Both the position numbers and the translations under genes were made by a program. A model generated the notes under the pieces. It was given only the letters and a program-made list of their open reading frames with translations. It ran no database searches and had not been told where the DNA came from. A stretch of 63,859 nt of DNA, the filler included, from Octopus bimaculoides (lineage: Eukaryota): assembly GCF_001194135.2 (NCBI RefSeq). It is 7 parts of 7 records of this genome, joined end to end, with 100 filler letters (N's around TTAATTAATTAA, not from the genome) between each part and the next. Parts side by side here need not be neighbours in the genome. Positions count along the whole stretch, not along the records: positions 11,033 to 42,891 come from NC_068986.1; 6 more parts are not named here. One strand, given 5' to 3'. The number at the start of each line of letters is the position of its first letter. Position 1 is the stretch's first letter. This document shows, in pieces, positions 26,252-38,878 of the stretch.

Positions 26252-27293
26252 TGTGATGTGATGTGTGCATTTGATGCCAATTATTTTGATATGGTTTTTA
26301 TTACACAGAAAACAGAAAATGCAATGAAGCTAGACAAAAGAATGTTTCTTGTCATTGAAATAACAATAGAAAGGGCAGTTAGCCATGAAAAACAAATGGA
26401 TCTCCTTTTCTCTCAGAATCTCTGTATTTCTCTTTGGATAAATGCAAAGACACACACATAGGCACATATACCCCACTTTCTTACACACTCTATCTCTCTA
26501 TCACACTCACACACACACACACAAAAAACATTCCACTCCGTCTTAATATTAAAATTCTTCTCACTTGGATAAATTAAATAAAAGAAGATGACTTAATTGA
26601 TACAATGAACCAAGTTAATTTTCTTTTTCAATTTCTAAAACTGAAACTCATTTAAACTAAGTATTAGTGAGGGTTTGTAATTCAGGCCCTAAAATTCAAA
26701 CAGTGAAAAAAGGGAACAGTTGATTAAATCAATCCCAGTTCATAACTGGTATCTGTTTTAACATCACTAGAAGACAAACACTTGTTTATAGCATAGATTT
26801 TTTTTTTACAGTTATAAGGCATTTTTACCATTTCTGATGGCGCTTTACCATTTATAATACTGAGAACCCAAATAAAGTACTTAGATGGTGACTCGCCTTG
26901 TTGCATTGTCAGATGATGTCCATGAGTGTGCCTGGTTGTTCAAATGCCTGATACCAGCACGGGAATCAAACATTGGACAAGGATGATGATGATGATGATA
27001 ATAAACCCAGACAATTTTTTCAAAATTACTTTTATTAACCAACTTGTCATCTTCTATTGAAAGAACTGACCAGCTGTATAGATGTAAACACAATTTTTTC
27101 TTCTTCCTTTCTTCCTTCTTTCTTTCCTTCTCTTTTCCATTGACATTCCTTTCAGATACACAGGCACACACACACACACACTCTCTCTCACTTTCTCCCC
27201 ATTCCTCACCCTCTTTTACTATCCTATATATCTCTCTCCACCCCTACACACTTAATAATACTATAAAAAGAGACATATCTCCTCAAAACATTT

Positions 27294-27334
27294 AAATCTG
27301 AAGAGTCTACTAGAGTAGATGCAAGCGCTAATAT
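27294..27334 (+). ncRNA. Degenerate minimal HHR motif, PLE type
   Basis: aaat-CTGAAGA-g-TCTAC-taga-GTAGA-t-GcA-AGCGCT-A-atat. One mutation in GAAA, palindromic stem III. Confidence 0.4.
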
Positions 27335-28005
27335 ATGATTTATAAAAACATGTGACATATTAATTAAAATGTGTAAATGTACAACCATCCAGATCTCTGA
27401 GTACCTTATTTTTTCTAATATATAATACCTGTACATCACCTCCAAACTTTCTAATATNNNNNNNNNNNNNNNNNNNNNNNNNNNNNNNNNNNNNNNNNNN
27501 NNNNNNNNNNNNNNNNNNNNNNNNNNNNNNNNNNNNNNNNNNNNNNNNNNNNNNNNNNNNNNNNNNNNNNNNNNNNNNNNNNNNNNNNNNNNNNNNNNNN
27601 NNNNNNNNNNNNNNNNNNNNNNNNNNNNNNNNNNNNNNNNNNNNNNNNNNNNNNNNNNNNNNNNNNNNNNNNNNNNNNNNNNNNNNNNNNNNNNNNNNNN
27701 NNNNNNNNNNNNNNNNNNNNNNNNNNNNNNNNNNNNNNNNNNNNNNNNNNNNNNNNNNNNNNNNNNNNNNNNNNNNNNNNNNNNNNNNNNNNNNNNNNNN
27801 NNNNNNNNNNNNNNNNNNNNNNNNNNNNNNNNNNNNNNNNNNNNNNNNNNNNNNNNNNNNNNNNNNNNNNNNNNNNNNNNNNNNNNNNNNNNNNNNNNNN
27901 NNNNNNNNNNNNNNNNNNNNNNNNNNNNNNNNNNNNNNNNNNNNNNNNNNNNNNNNNNNNNNNNNNNNNNNNNNNNNNNNNNNNNNNNNNNNNNNNNNNN
28001 NNNNN

Positions 28006-28042
<37 letters not shown>

Positions 28043-28363
28043 TTGCCTAATGTGCCATGCAATAGGACTGAACCTGAAACCACATGGTTGCAAAGCGAAC
28101 TTCTTAACCACACAGCCATGCCTGCATCTGTGGGTACAACTTAGATTATTGAAAGAACTAAATCTACCATCTGGGAAGCATTAGTACTATTTAAAGGAAG
28201 CTGAACACTGAATGAAGCTCACTTTTCAAATTCAAGCAGTTTCTTTGTGGTTTGGCAAATCTTACCTGAACTGCTAAAATAGATGACCTCTTTAATATGT
28301 AAAGCCATAAGTAAAAGAAATCGTTTGGTGTGGGTTTTTTTCCCTTTTGTTAATAGAGCACTA

Positions 28364-28581
28364 TGAGGGTATGCTGAAAAGTTCCTAGCTTTAAAGGTAT
28401 TGTGAAAGGTTTGGTTTGAGGCCCAACCTTCTGAGTTCTTTTTTCAGGGCTTAGAAAAACTGAAGGACCAGCGTAATAAGTGTGTGAATCCAAGAGGTGA
28501 ATATGTTGAATAAAATCATAATTAACTGATCCTTCTATATTTTCTTTTACCCAAATCCAGGTACTTTTCAGCACCTCCTTG
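28364..28581 (+). mobile_element. Internally deleted mariner element
   Basis: TA|TGAGGGTATGCTGAAAAGTTCCT ... AGGTACTTTTCAGCACCTCCTTG|TA. Internal FFQGLEKLKDQRNKCVNPRGEYVE* is a mariner transposase C-terminus. Confidence 0.8.
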
Positions 28582-29789
28582 TAGTTGAACTATAGTTTAA
28601 AGAGTTGTCTGTCTCTCACCGTTACATCATATTTTCTCATGTAACGTATTCAGAACTGTATTGTTTAGTTAGTATTGTTCTTTGTTCCTTAAAGTGGTAG
28701 GGTTTGATTTGAGGAAGTTTTGGCTCTTAATTCTAGCTGATCAAGCAATCACATAGGATTTTCTTCCTTCATTGCTTTGCAAGATTTACAAGAAACTTTG
28801 GTCAGCTGTAATAATGTTGATGTCAAAAACAGCCTCCGTTTCATTGTGATGATGATAATGATGATGACAGTGATGGTGTTGGTGGTGATGTTGATGACAG
28901 TGATTATAATGACGATAATGATGATGATGATGAAGTTGATCATTAGCACTAACACACTACCAGCACCAGCACCACCAGCACCACCATCATCATTGATGCT
29001 GCTGCCATTGCCATGCCACTGTCATTGCCACCACCACCACCACCACCACCATCACCATGTCTGTCTTCCATACTAGCATGATTCAGAACACATTGGAATA
29101 GGTTGTCACAAATCTACATCAACTTGCACATATAGAAACAGAGAAAACAGGCCATCTTTGTTGTGATGTATGTCTTATACACTGTGAATTGGATGTGTTT
29201 TGTCATGCCACCAGTACTAGAGAAATTATTTTGGCATATCAACCTAATACATAATATATGATGATAAATGTGTTTTTTTTTTCCTCTTGTTCCATTATAT
29301 TTTTTAATTCTTCTTACTCTCTATGTTTACATACAAGATTAGAGTAAATACCATGGCTTTGAGACAGGAAGCTTATATAAATTTAATCCATAGCAATGCA
29401 ACCATTTAAAGATGAAGCAAATGACTTTACTTCATTCATTTCACCTAGTTGTAAAAAAATAGACTCCGCTGAAAAATAAGTAATGTTTTCTGAATGACAG
29501 ATATATAAGGAAGACTTTCAGGACTGAGACATGTTATTAACTGCTAGACTTTGTAGCCATTTGTAACTCCTCTCAGTTCTATATGTTTTATTGTGAGAGG
29601 TGTCAAATGTTTCTAAGCATTTGCCCACCACAAAATTTACAATTACAAGATGTCTCCTTTTTTTTTTTTTAATCTATGAATGCATTAGGTATATTTTTAT
29701 CATTAGCAAGTTATTTAGATTATTCATGTTTCTGATATTTATTCTCTCAGTTTTGTACATTTATATTTCAATGTAGAATATGATGAATA

Positions 29790-29916
29790 ATGACACATAA
29801 AACTGTGACAAACCTTCAGACTGTGAAACAGACCCATGGTGGAGGCTTTCTCGTCAGGAAGGTGATTGGAGGAAGTATATCATCATGTGATCCTTTCATC
29901 ATGTTGGACCACATAG
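29790..29916 (+). CDS. PIR: Pirin-family protein, coding exon 1 (MTHKTVTNLQTVKQTHGGGFLVRKVIGGSISSCDPFIMLDHI)
   Basis: Acceptor tag at 29774-29776, ATG at 29790, donor G|GTAATG at 29917, phase 1. G..VR..IG and DPF..LD pirin motifs. Confidence 0.85.
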
Positions 29917-31872
29917 GTAATGTTATTTATTAATTATTATGTTTTTCAAAATATTTTGTCTGTTAGTTCATTTAAAAATACTTCAATCCCTTTGATGCTA
30001 ACTTGCTTGGGAACACTTCTATTCTATGATATTTAACCTCTCTTTGAAAAGCTTATGTTTAAATTGAAACCTTTCATCATTATTGTAAGAACATACCTTT
30101 ATGTTATGTCTCAGACACCAGATTAATAATGAAGAAATTTACCTTTTATTTTACAAACTCTCTCCAAATTCTTTATCTTTAAAATCAAGTGAAGAAAATA
30201 GGCAATTACTTTGTTAAAAGTATGGCTATAAAAGCTTAAAGAATTAATGTAGCAGATCTCGTCCCCCCCCCCACCCAAATTATGAAAATTTTCATAAAGA
30301 ACTAGTGAAGTTTTGGCAGATTGAGTAATGACATCAGCAAAAATCTGACCAATGCAAACATCTTCCAGATTTTTTAGTAATGACATCACCACAAATCTGT
30401 CCAATCAGGTCCATTCTGAAGTGTATTAAAACATCAGATTTACAGAGACAGACAGACAATAACAAACTGGTGTGAATGATAGATAGAGTGAATGAGAGAC
30501 AAGAGGAAAGAATGCATTCATGCATTCACATGAGGCACTCTTTGCTATCATATCCACCAAATATGACTGTCATTCATTCATTCCTCCTCTCTCTTCCCCT
30601 CTGTCTGTGTGTCTTTCTCATCCAGAAACAATCACAGAAAATACCCAACCAAGTCTATGGATAGAACTCTCTGATGTTACTCTTTTATTATTCTTTGGTC
30701 CACCACATCCAAAACAAGCTTTTAACAATAAACAGAGGAATCAAAAATGAATGACTACTCTTCTCATTCATGCCATCCATCTTAATGTTATACTGTGATA
30801 ATATTTCTTAAACATGAAATGAATTATAGATATATCAGAGAGAGAGAGAGAGAGAGTTAAGGAAATTTATGAACATGTTATAATGATATAAGAGAGAATT
30901 ATTGATGTACATCATGTTTTTTGTGTGTGTGTGAATTATTTGATAATACATGTTCTGCATGATTTGAAATGACTATTCATAATGATTCCTCCTAAAAAAA
31001 GAATCATGTTGAATTCCTGTAAAGACTTTATTTCTTTAACATCACTTAGTGCAGTAAATGTATGCAGAGTGTTAATGAATTGACAATAGGATGTTTTTGA
31101 TAATTTGAATTGAAATATATGTCCTCAAAAGTCAAACAGTTTTTTTGTTTAGCCAATAATTAACAGGCAACAAAAATAACTAGATGTATTTGTAAGAATA
31201 TGGGGGTGAATTAAGTTTATTAATGCTTTGATAATTGCATTTACATCAATAAAAATTTATGAGGCATGTAATATTGAAAACTGTATAGAACTTTTAACTG
31301 TAAGTCATATATTTAATGTCTTACAAAGTATTTTATTAAAGTAAATGGTTGTAACATATATGAACGGAAATGTGTTTTGAAATTGGTTTGAGATATTGTA
31401 AAATATAGTATTTCTCAGGATTTAGTTATCCATTTGAATCATAAAATAACTTTGGGCCAATGAGGGGCCCTCTGCATAGTTGCTCAGCTTGCTGTAATTA
31501 GCAATGCAGCGAAGTTTTCCTCAAAGTTCGCCTTACCATCTTAAAAAAAAAAAACAGAAGAATAAATTGGATTCTGTAGCCCTAGGTACTGCTAAAAAGA
31601 CAGTAAAGTCAGAGCTGGAATGCTTTTGATCAGAGGTTTGCTTAACTTTTGCTGATCTGAGGATGAATACCAAAAAACAACAAAAACGAAATAGATTTTA
31701 ATGTTAATTTTAAAAAAAAAAGAAGTCATTTTTGTAATTAATTTTCAAATATATTCTTGTAAATTCTAAACTTTCCTGAAAATTATTAGATAAAATAAAA
31801 TGAGATGAAGTAAATAATTGATTTATACAAAGTTTTGAAAAGTACTTTCCCTACATATGTTTTTGTTGTTAG

Positions 31873-31995
31873 GTCCAGTGGATTATAAACCTGGTGAAGC
31901 TGTTGGTGCTCCTGACCATCCACACAGAGGTATTGAGATAATTTCCTACATCATAGATGGAAGTCTGACACATGAAGATTCTGCAGGAAACAAAG
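31873..31995 (+). CDS. PIR: Pirin coding exon 2 (GPVDYKPGEAVGAPDHPHRGIEIISYIIDGSLTHEDSAGNK)
   Basis: AG/GT boundaries, phase 1-1. DHPHRG carries two metal-binding His. Confidence 0.92.
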
Positions 31996-32280
31996 GTGAT
32001 AATAGTTTTGAATACCAGTAAAATTTATTGTAAATAAATCAAATTCTTCATGCAATGAGTGATTGGGCAGCCTTGACAGCCAGCATCTTTGTGGTTGTTT
32101 GTTCAATCATTGTCTGCTGCCTTGTCAGTACATGCTGTCTATCAGCTTTAAATGTTGGACAAACCCTATACAGAATGTCGATTAGACCATTGACCAGTTC
32201 CTCTAGTTGGTGTCAACAAGACTTTTAGTGAATTGAATTAAAGTGGTGCAATGTGTCTGGATGAGTCCTTGCTTTGTTTG

Positions 32281-33780
32281 TGTTATAAGTGTTCATGGCA
32301 GTGCTCTGTCATAATCATATCTGATTGATTGGAAGTAGTAAACAAAAGAAAGAATAAAATAACTGTTTAGTGTGATGCCAGCAAAGCTGTAATGATAATG
32401 AAAAACTTGATGGCTGCTTTCCAAGCTTTATTAAACTCAATTGTTTATTTATAGATCAGAACATTTGGTTGTACCATTCACTTTTAGTTGTAAGTATGGA
32501 AACTCTCAAGTATACTCATTAAATAATAGTAACATTTCATTCTTTCCTCCTATAAAAGAAAAAAACTTTACCAGTATCAAACTATTTTAAGGGATTACTC
32601 CCATCCATATTGATTGGGAGGTTTTAGTACACAACTGAATCCCCTTATTTCCTGTGGAACTACTGCTTCATCATCATCTATGCTATTGCCTGTCATATCT
32701 TCTTTATCATTCGGTCCTAGTCAAGTTTCTTTTATTTTGTTCTACAATAGGAGGGGATTGTCTGGGTTTTAGGACAAGGTGCCAAGTCATGAACAAAAGC
32801 AGTAAACTCCCATTCATCTGGGTACCTGATATTTAAATAAGCTGGATTATTGTCAAGGAGTTTAACTTGAGTTATTAATGGTACATTCTTATTGTTCCCC
32901 ACAAACCTCCTTAGGAGCACTTGTCCAAGATTCATAAGGCAGGAGGGCAGTGAATTTCCATGAGAAGAGCAGCTTTGAAATGCAAAGAAACTTTCATAGA
33001 GTGTAGTTGCTGTACTTTGGGAAGAACCAATTCCTAATACTTTAAGGAGAGATTGCATGATCGTAGGGCCACATGGACCACCCTCCTTATGATGCCATTG
33101 AACTTCTCTCTGCCTGTCCATTCCCAATACTGTGATATGGAGTTGTATGACTTGTAGCAACCCTTTTTAAGAGAGATAATCCTTCAAATTCTTAGATATG
33201 AAGGGGGTTCCTTAATTAAAGTGAATACAATTTGATATTTCACATAAGCTGAACAAGGGATCCAAACATCTGATTACTGTTGTTGTTTGCATATTGGGAC
33301 ATAGAAAAGTGAAAAATAACACTAGTAAAAACAGTAAATCATATTCAATGACTGCAGCATGATTTGGAATGGATTGGAATAATAATATGAATTTTGCCTC
33401 AATAATACTCCATACTCTATGATACAGGAGGGAAGTAGTTAATGATATAGTTTGCATGACTCTAAACAAAGAATTAACCCCTAAACACAAAAATCACACA
33501 GGGACTAAGACTACTAAAAACTGCATCAAATGGCAATTGAATAAAAATTCTGTATAAAATTTGTTTTGTCTTTGGATGACTCTTGTTAGTTAATACTTTA
33601 CCTAAATCAAGAAAGTGAACAAGGGATTGTGTTTAAGAGTTTTACTATGATTTGGATAAGTTCATCTTAAATGCACGAGACCAGACAATCAGCTGGCTAT
33701 ATATATATATCAATGTAGCAAAGCAGCATCCAAAAAGCTCACTGTTTCATTACCCATTTATATAATCCTTACACACATCA
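32281..33780 (-). mobile_element. Ty3/gypsy LTR retrotransposon 3' remnant (RNase H end, integrase, PPT, 3' LTR)
   Basis: Frameshifted ADCL-SRAF; CPNMQTTTVIRCLDPLFSLC..GTPFIS; TTPYHSIGNGQAER/FNGII; FFAFQSCSSHGNSLPS..VLLRRFV..DLAPCP. Purine tract at 32553-32540, then a ~254-bp segment 32534-32281 bounded by TGTTA/TAACA. Confidence 0.75.
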
Positions 33781-34003
33781 CAGACACTGATGGCAAAGCA
33801 GAAATATAAATGCTATACACAAAATACATAACAAAAATTCTGTGGTTTGGACAAACAAAAGAAGTAATGAAATATAGTCACACACATGCATGTGCACATA
33901 CACACACACTCACACACACACATGCACACACACACACACACACAAACATGTATATAAATACATTTTATACGTGCATTCAAATTAATCAAATTACTTTTGA
34001 TAG

Positions 34004-34140
34004 GTGTTTTGGAGAAAGGTTGGGTTCAAATGATGACTGCAGGACAAGGAGTGGTCCATGCTGAGATGCCAGCTGATGAAATTGTGGAAAATGGTGGAAG
34101 AATGGAGGGCTTTCAGCTCTGGATTAATCTACCAGCTAAA
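34004..34140 (+). CDS. PIR: Pirin coding exon 3 ([46 protein letters not shown])
   Basis: AG/GT boundaries, phase 1-0. MTAG.G..HAE (third His and Glu ligand) and QLWINLP. Confidence 0.92.
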
Positions 34141-34397
34141 GTATGATTTTATTTTTGTAATAATAATTTCTTATATTGGTAGAAGCCCTCAAGATTTGGG
34201 TGACGGTTTTGTTCATTATATCAACCCTAGTATTTTACTAATACTTGTTCTAATTACTTTGGAAGGATGAAATATAAAGTCAACCCCAGTGAAATTTACA
34301 CTTAGAACATAAAGGGGTGTAACTAAATACCACAAGGCATTTTGTCTGCTAGTCTACCAATTCTATCAATTCACAGCTGTTGTAATAATGGTAAAAG

Positions 34398-34430
<33 letters not shown>

Positions 34431-34691
34431 TGTGCGTGCGTGCGTGTATTATGTTTAATTAATGTACCTCAGGCTATGTAATGCTGATGATTTCTAAAAG
34501 TGATGAAACAATATCCATCTATCAAATCTACTCAAGGCTTTGGTTGGCCCGAGGCTATAGTAGAAATCATTTGCCCAAGGTGCCATGTTGTGGGATTGCA
34601 CCCCAAACCATGTAGTCGGGAAGAAAGTTTCTCACCATACAGCCACACCTGCACCTATCTTTCTATATATGTATATATTTTTTTTTTGCAG

Positions 34692-34800
34692 GAAAAAATG
34701 ATTGATCCTCAGTATGAAGACATTCCTCCTGAAAAGATTCCTGTGATAACAATGGATGGTGGAAGAGCGACAGCTAAGCTAATAGCTGGTGAAATTGAAG
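34692..34800 (+). CDS. PIR: Pirin coding exon 4 (EKMIDPQYEDIPPEKIPVITMDGGRATAKLIAGEIE)
   Basis: Polypyrimidine-CAG acceptor, GT donor, phase 0-1. KM..PQY and IAGE motifs. Confidence 0.9.
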
Positions 34801-34959
34801 GTGAAGTATCCAACAACATCATGCATTCGATCTACCTGTATGTTTCAAGTATCAGTTGTTAGATAAACTTTCAACATGTGGATGTTAGGTGCCATTATAC
34901 TTAATAGAAATTATCCCTTTGAGAAAAGAGTAAGGAGCATGAAAAATAAAAAATTACAC

Positions 34960-35150
34960 ACACACTTTTTTAAAGTCTGGCACTTATTCTTATCGATCTC
35001 TTTAGCTGAACCACTAAGTTATTAGATGTAAACACACTGACACCAGTTGTCAAGCAGTGGTAGGATACAAACATAAAAACACATGCACATATCATCATCC
35101 TCATCATCATCATCATCATCATCATCATCAACAACACACATGCATACACA

Positions 35151-35183
<33 letters not shown>

Positions 35184-35335
35184 TCAACGGTCTTCTTTCA
35201 CTTTCTGTCTACCACATCCATTCACAAGGCTAGAGTAGAAGACACTTGCCCAAGGTGCTGTGCAGGTGGTACTGAACCTGGAATGATGTGGTTATGAAGC
35301 AAGCTTCTTACCACACAGCCATGCCTGTGCCTACA
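34960..35335 (-). mobile_element. SINE family A in pirin intron 4
   Basis: Family A head and tail with internal (CAT)n/(CA)n. Confidence 0.7.
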
Positions 35336-35475
35336 TGATGTTAAAAATTTTTAGCTTTCTATGTCTTAGAGAGAATAACTTGCATGACACATTAAACTTC
35401 GTTTCATGTCTCGAAATAGTCTGTTCAGAAAACTAAGTAAAATTATTGAATTTATTCATTCATTTTTTTTTGCAG

Positions 35476-35604
35476 GAAAAGTCTCTGTCAAGCAGACGAG
35501 AATTCCAATATTATTTCTAGACATTTTACTGGAACCAGGAGCAACTTTTACATCTGAAGTTATTGAAAATCATGCTTGTTTTATTTATGTTTGGCGTGGA
35601 TCTG
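35476..35604 (+). CDS. PIR: Pirin coding exon 5 (GKVSVKQTRIPILFLDILLEPGATFTSEVIENHACFIYVWRGS)
   Basis: TGCAG acceptor, GTAAGT donor, phase 1-1. TR.P..FLD..L.PG and FIYV..G of the second cupin. Confidence 0.88.
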
Positions 35605-37189
35605 GTAAGTTAAGCATATTTTTGCATGTTATGGTTGGGGTTGTGTGTATGCTACTGAAGGCTACATGTTTACACAGAAGATTGGGAATGAAGGACATAA
35701 TGTATGATATGATGATGGTCACCTCTGTTGATTTCTATGAGTGTTTGAAGGAGAGGATTTAGAAAGAAAAAGATAGGTTTAATTGTAAAAGATGCTGTAT
35801 CTATTTTTGATGAATGTGTGAATGTAATTTGAGTCTTGGTATGGATTTTGCTATGAAGTCACAATGGGAACACTGATGATTTTGATTTTGCTTGGGATTG
35901 GACAAATGTGCCTGTTGATTGCAGGATATAATTCTTTTATTGTTCTGTTTCTTCAACTTAAATTGTTTTGATGTTATGCCATGCAGATTGATCTAGGCAA
36001 TAATTTTCCCAAAATGTCAAATTAAACTGTAGAGATTTTAGTAATTGCTTCAACTTATAATAGTGTTTAGTACAGCATAATATAAAATAAAATAGAATAA
36101 TATAATATAATATGATATGATACGATACGATATGATACGATATGGTACAGTACAGTACGATATATATAAGATGATGTATTTAAATAACTATATTTAAGCT
36201 GAACTGGCTCCTGTGCAGGTGGCACGTAAAATACACCATTTTGAGCATGGCCATTGCCAGTACCGCCTGACTGGCCTTCATGCCGGTGGCACATAAAAGC
36301 ACCCACTACACTCTCAGAGTGGTTGGCGTTAGGAAGGGAATCCAGCTGTAGAAACTCTGCCAAATCAGATTGGAGCCTAGTGTAGCCATCTGGTTCACCA
36401 GTCCTTAGTCAAATCGTCCAACCCATGCTAGCATGGAAAGCGGACGTTAAACGATGATGATGTTGATGATGATGATGATGATTGTACATATTTTTCTCCA
36501 ATAGATGTATTTTAAAAATATCTATCATTTCATTGGCGATTAAAATCTGAATAAATGTTTAAAATGGATGTAGTGTATGCTACCAACACTTATCCTATCC
36601 TACTATGTCACACAATTAGACCTATCTAGAATGAGTAAGCCTTCTTTAAAGTAAATCCATGAGAGGAATTTATCTTAGAACTAGAACATTCATCAGTCAT
36701 ACAGTTCTCCTACTGCTTACAGTAATGAAATGTATCTTTATATGCATGACGCCTACTGCTGGGTGTACTGAGCCATTGAGAATTAATGTGCCTTGGGACA
36801 CAGTTCAACATCAGTGATTAATTAACTCTTTTGCTGGAAGACTAATGCCTATCAGCATGGATAATTGTGAGTTGCCCTATTTTAGAAAATTGATTTTTAA
36901 AATGACGGTTGCCATCATCAGCATTGTAATCATTGCTACCATCATCATCTTCATGATTTTCATTGTCGTTGTCTTCACCATCACTGCCACCACCTCCATT
37001 GTTGTTGTTTTGCATCTCTGCATTCCATGCTATATTGGACAGGTTGTTATGATCCAAGACACTTCTTATTCTGCCTCCTCGGTAAGACAATGGATCATGT
37101 CACGCTTGTACATTCCATTTTTGGTATGGGTTCTTTGTTTGGATACCCTTCTTGGCATCAAATATTTTACAGAATGTACTAGTACTCTT

Positions 37190-37411
37190 TACTCTCTTTA
37201 CTCTTTTACTTGTTTCAGTCATTTAACTGCGGCCATGCTGGAGCACCGCCTTTAGTCGAGGAAATCGACCCCAGGACTTATTCTTTGGAAGCCTAGTACT
37301 TATTCTATCGGTCTCTTTTTGCCGAACCACTAAGTTACAGGAACGTAAACACACCATTATCGGTTGTCAAGCGATGATGGCGTGGGGAGACAAACACAGA
37401 CACACAAACAC

Positions 37412-37474
<63 letters not shown>

Positions 37475-37640
37475 TACGACGGGCTTCTTTCAGTTTCCGT
37501 CTACCAAATCCACTCACAAGGCTTTGGTCGGCCCGAGGCTATAGTAGAAGACACTTGCCCAAGGTGCCACACAGTGGGACTGAACCCGGAACCATGTGGT
37601 TGGTAAGCAAGCTACTTACCACACAGCCACTTCTGTGCCT
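37190..37640 (-). mobile_element. SINE family A, full length
   Basis: Close match to 24295-24724. Confidence 0.85.
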
Positions 37641-38087
37641 AGGTGAATTTTTTTATGGTACCAACACTAAGAACATTGTCATATCCTTGTTATTATAAAC
37701 AGGAAACCATAGAACCATTAGGTAAGCTATGTAGAATTAACCTATTTGCTTAGTGCTTGTCCTAAATGATTTAAATGCCTCTCTCCAAGAAAAGCTTTGT
37801 ATGAAATGTTAGAGCTCCTATCGCTCTTTGGCTTACAGACTTATCTGAAATTGGTAAACTTTATTAAAAGACTTTAGCTAATGCAGAACACCACTAGTTT
37901 CCTTTAACTCTGGTCCCTAAATACAGAATAAATCATCTACAACTGATTGGCTCATACTTATAAAGATGACCAATTAAGTACTGAAACAATGGGGAAGCCT
38001 CTACATGGTTGCTTGACCAAGAATGTCACAAATTACACTCATATGCACCACCGCCGTCGCCTCTGCCGCCACCGCCGCCGCCGCCGC

Positions 38088-38715
38088 CGCACCCTAGCGG
38101 TTGAGGGAACCTGTAGAAGAGGTAGACCCATGAAGACCTGGGATGAGGTGGTGAAGCACGACCTTTGAACATCAGGCCTCACCGAGGCAATGACTAGTGA
38201 CTGAGACCTTTGGAAATATGCTGTGCATGTCAAGTGAGACCATAACCCATGGCCTTTGTCAGGAGTGTAGCCAGCCCACTTATGCGTACCTTTCCTTCAT
38301 TGGACATTAAACTCTGCTTGCGAAGACCTGTTGAGGCAAGTGAAATCAAAATCGAAATCTAACCAAATTCGATGACTGGCACCTGTGCCAGTGGAGCGCT
38401 AACAGCACCATCCGAGCGTGATCATTGCCAAAGCAGCTGTCTGGCTTCCGTGCTGGCAGCACCTAAAAACCACCATTTGAGCGTGATCGTTACCAGTGTT
38501 GCCTTACTGGCACTTGTGCTGGTGGCACGTGAAAAAACATTCGAGTGAGGTCGTTGCCAGTGCTGCTGGACTGACTCCTGTGCAGGTGGCACATAAAAAA
38601 CACCATTTGAGCATGGCTGTTGCCAGTTCCGCATGACTGGTCTTCGTACTAGGGGCATGTAAAAGCACCCACTACACTCTTGGAGTGGTTGACATTAAAC
38701 GATGATGATGATGAT
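38088..38715 (+). mobile_element. RTE LINE 3' end (ORF C-terminus, 3' UTR, (GAT)n tail)
   Basis: TLAVEGTCRRGRPMKTWDEVVKHDL continues the sequence that ends the 62733-63125 copy. UTR has repeated gtgc.ggtggcacgtaaaa units. Confidence 0.8.
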
Positions 38716-38779
38716 GATGATGATGATATATATATGTATATAATGTTCTTATTTAACTTTCTTTTTGGCATATTAACAG

Positions 38780-38878
38780 GTTTTCTTGGAGAAGATTGTA
38801 AACCAGCCAGTATTGGTCAAGTTGGGCTCCTCAGTACCTCAGGGAAAAAAGTGACAATCAAAGCTAGTGAAGATCAAA
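38780..38878 (+). CDS. PIR: Pirin coding exon 6 (GFLGEDCKPASIGQVGLLSTSGKKVTIKASEDQ)
   Basis: AACAG acceptor, A|GTAAGA donor, phase 1-1, frame consistent. Cumulative 241 codons; the GPFVMN C-terminal exon was not found. Confidence 0.72.

Noticed and set aside
28350-28574. 74-aa minus-strand ORF
   Set aside because: It is the antisense of the mariner-derived element.
30325-30405. Tandem TGACATCA plus CCAAT motifs, 52-bp period, in pirin intron 1
   Set aside because: Probably subterminal repeats of a decayed transposon; short motifs alone do not show regulation.
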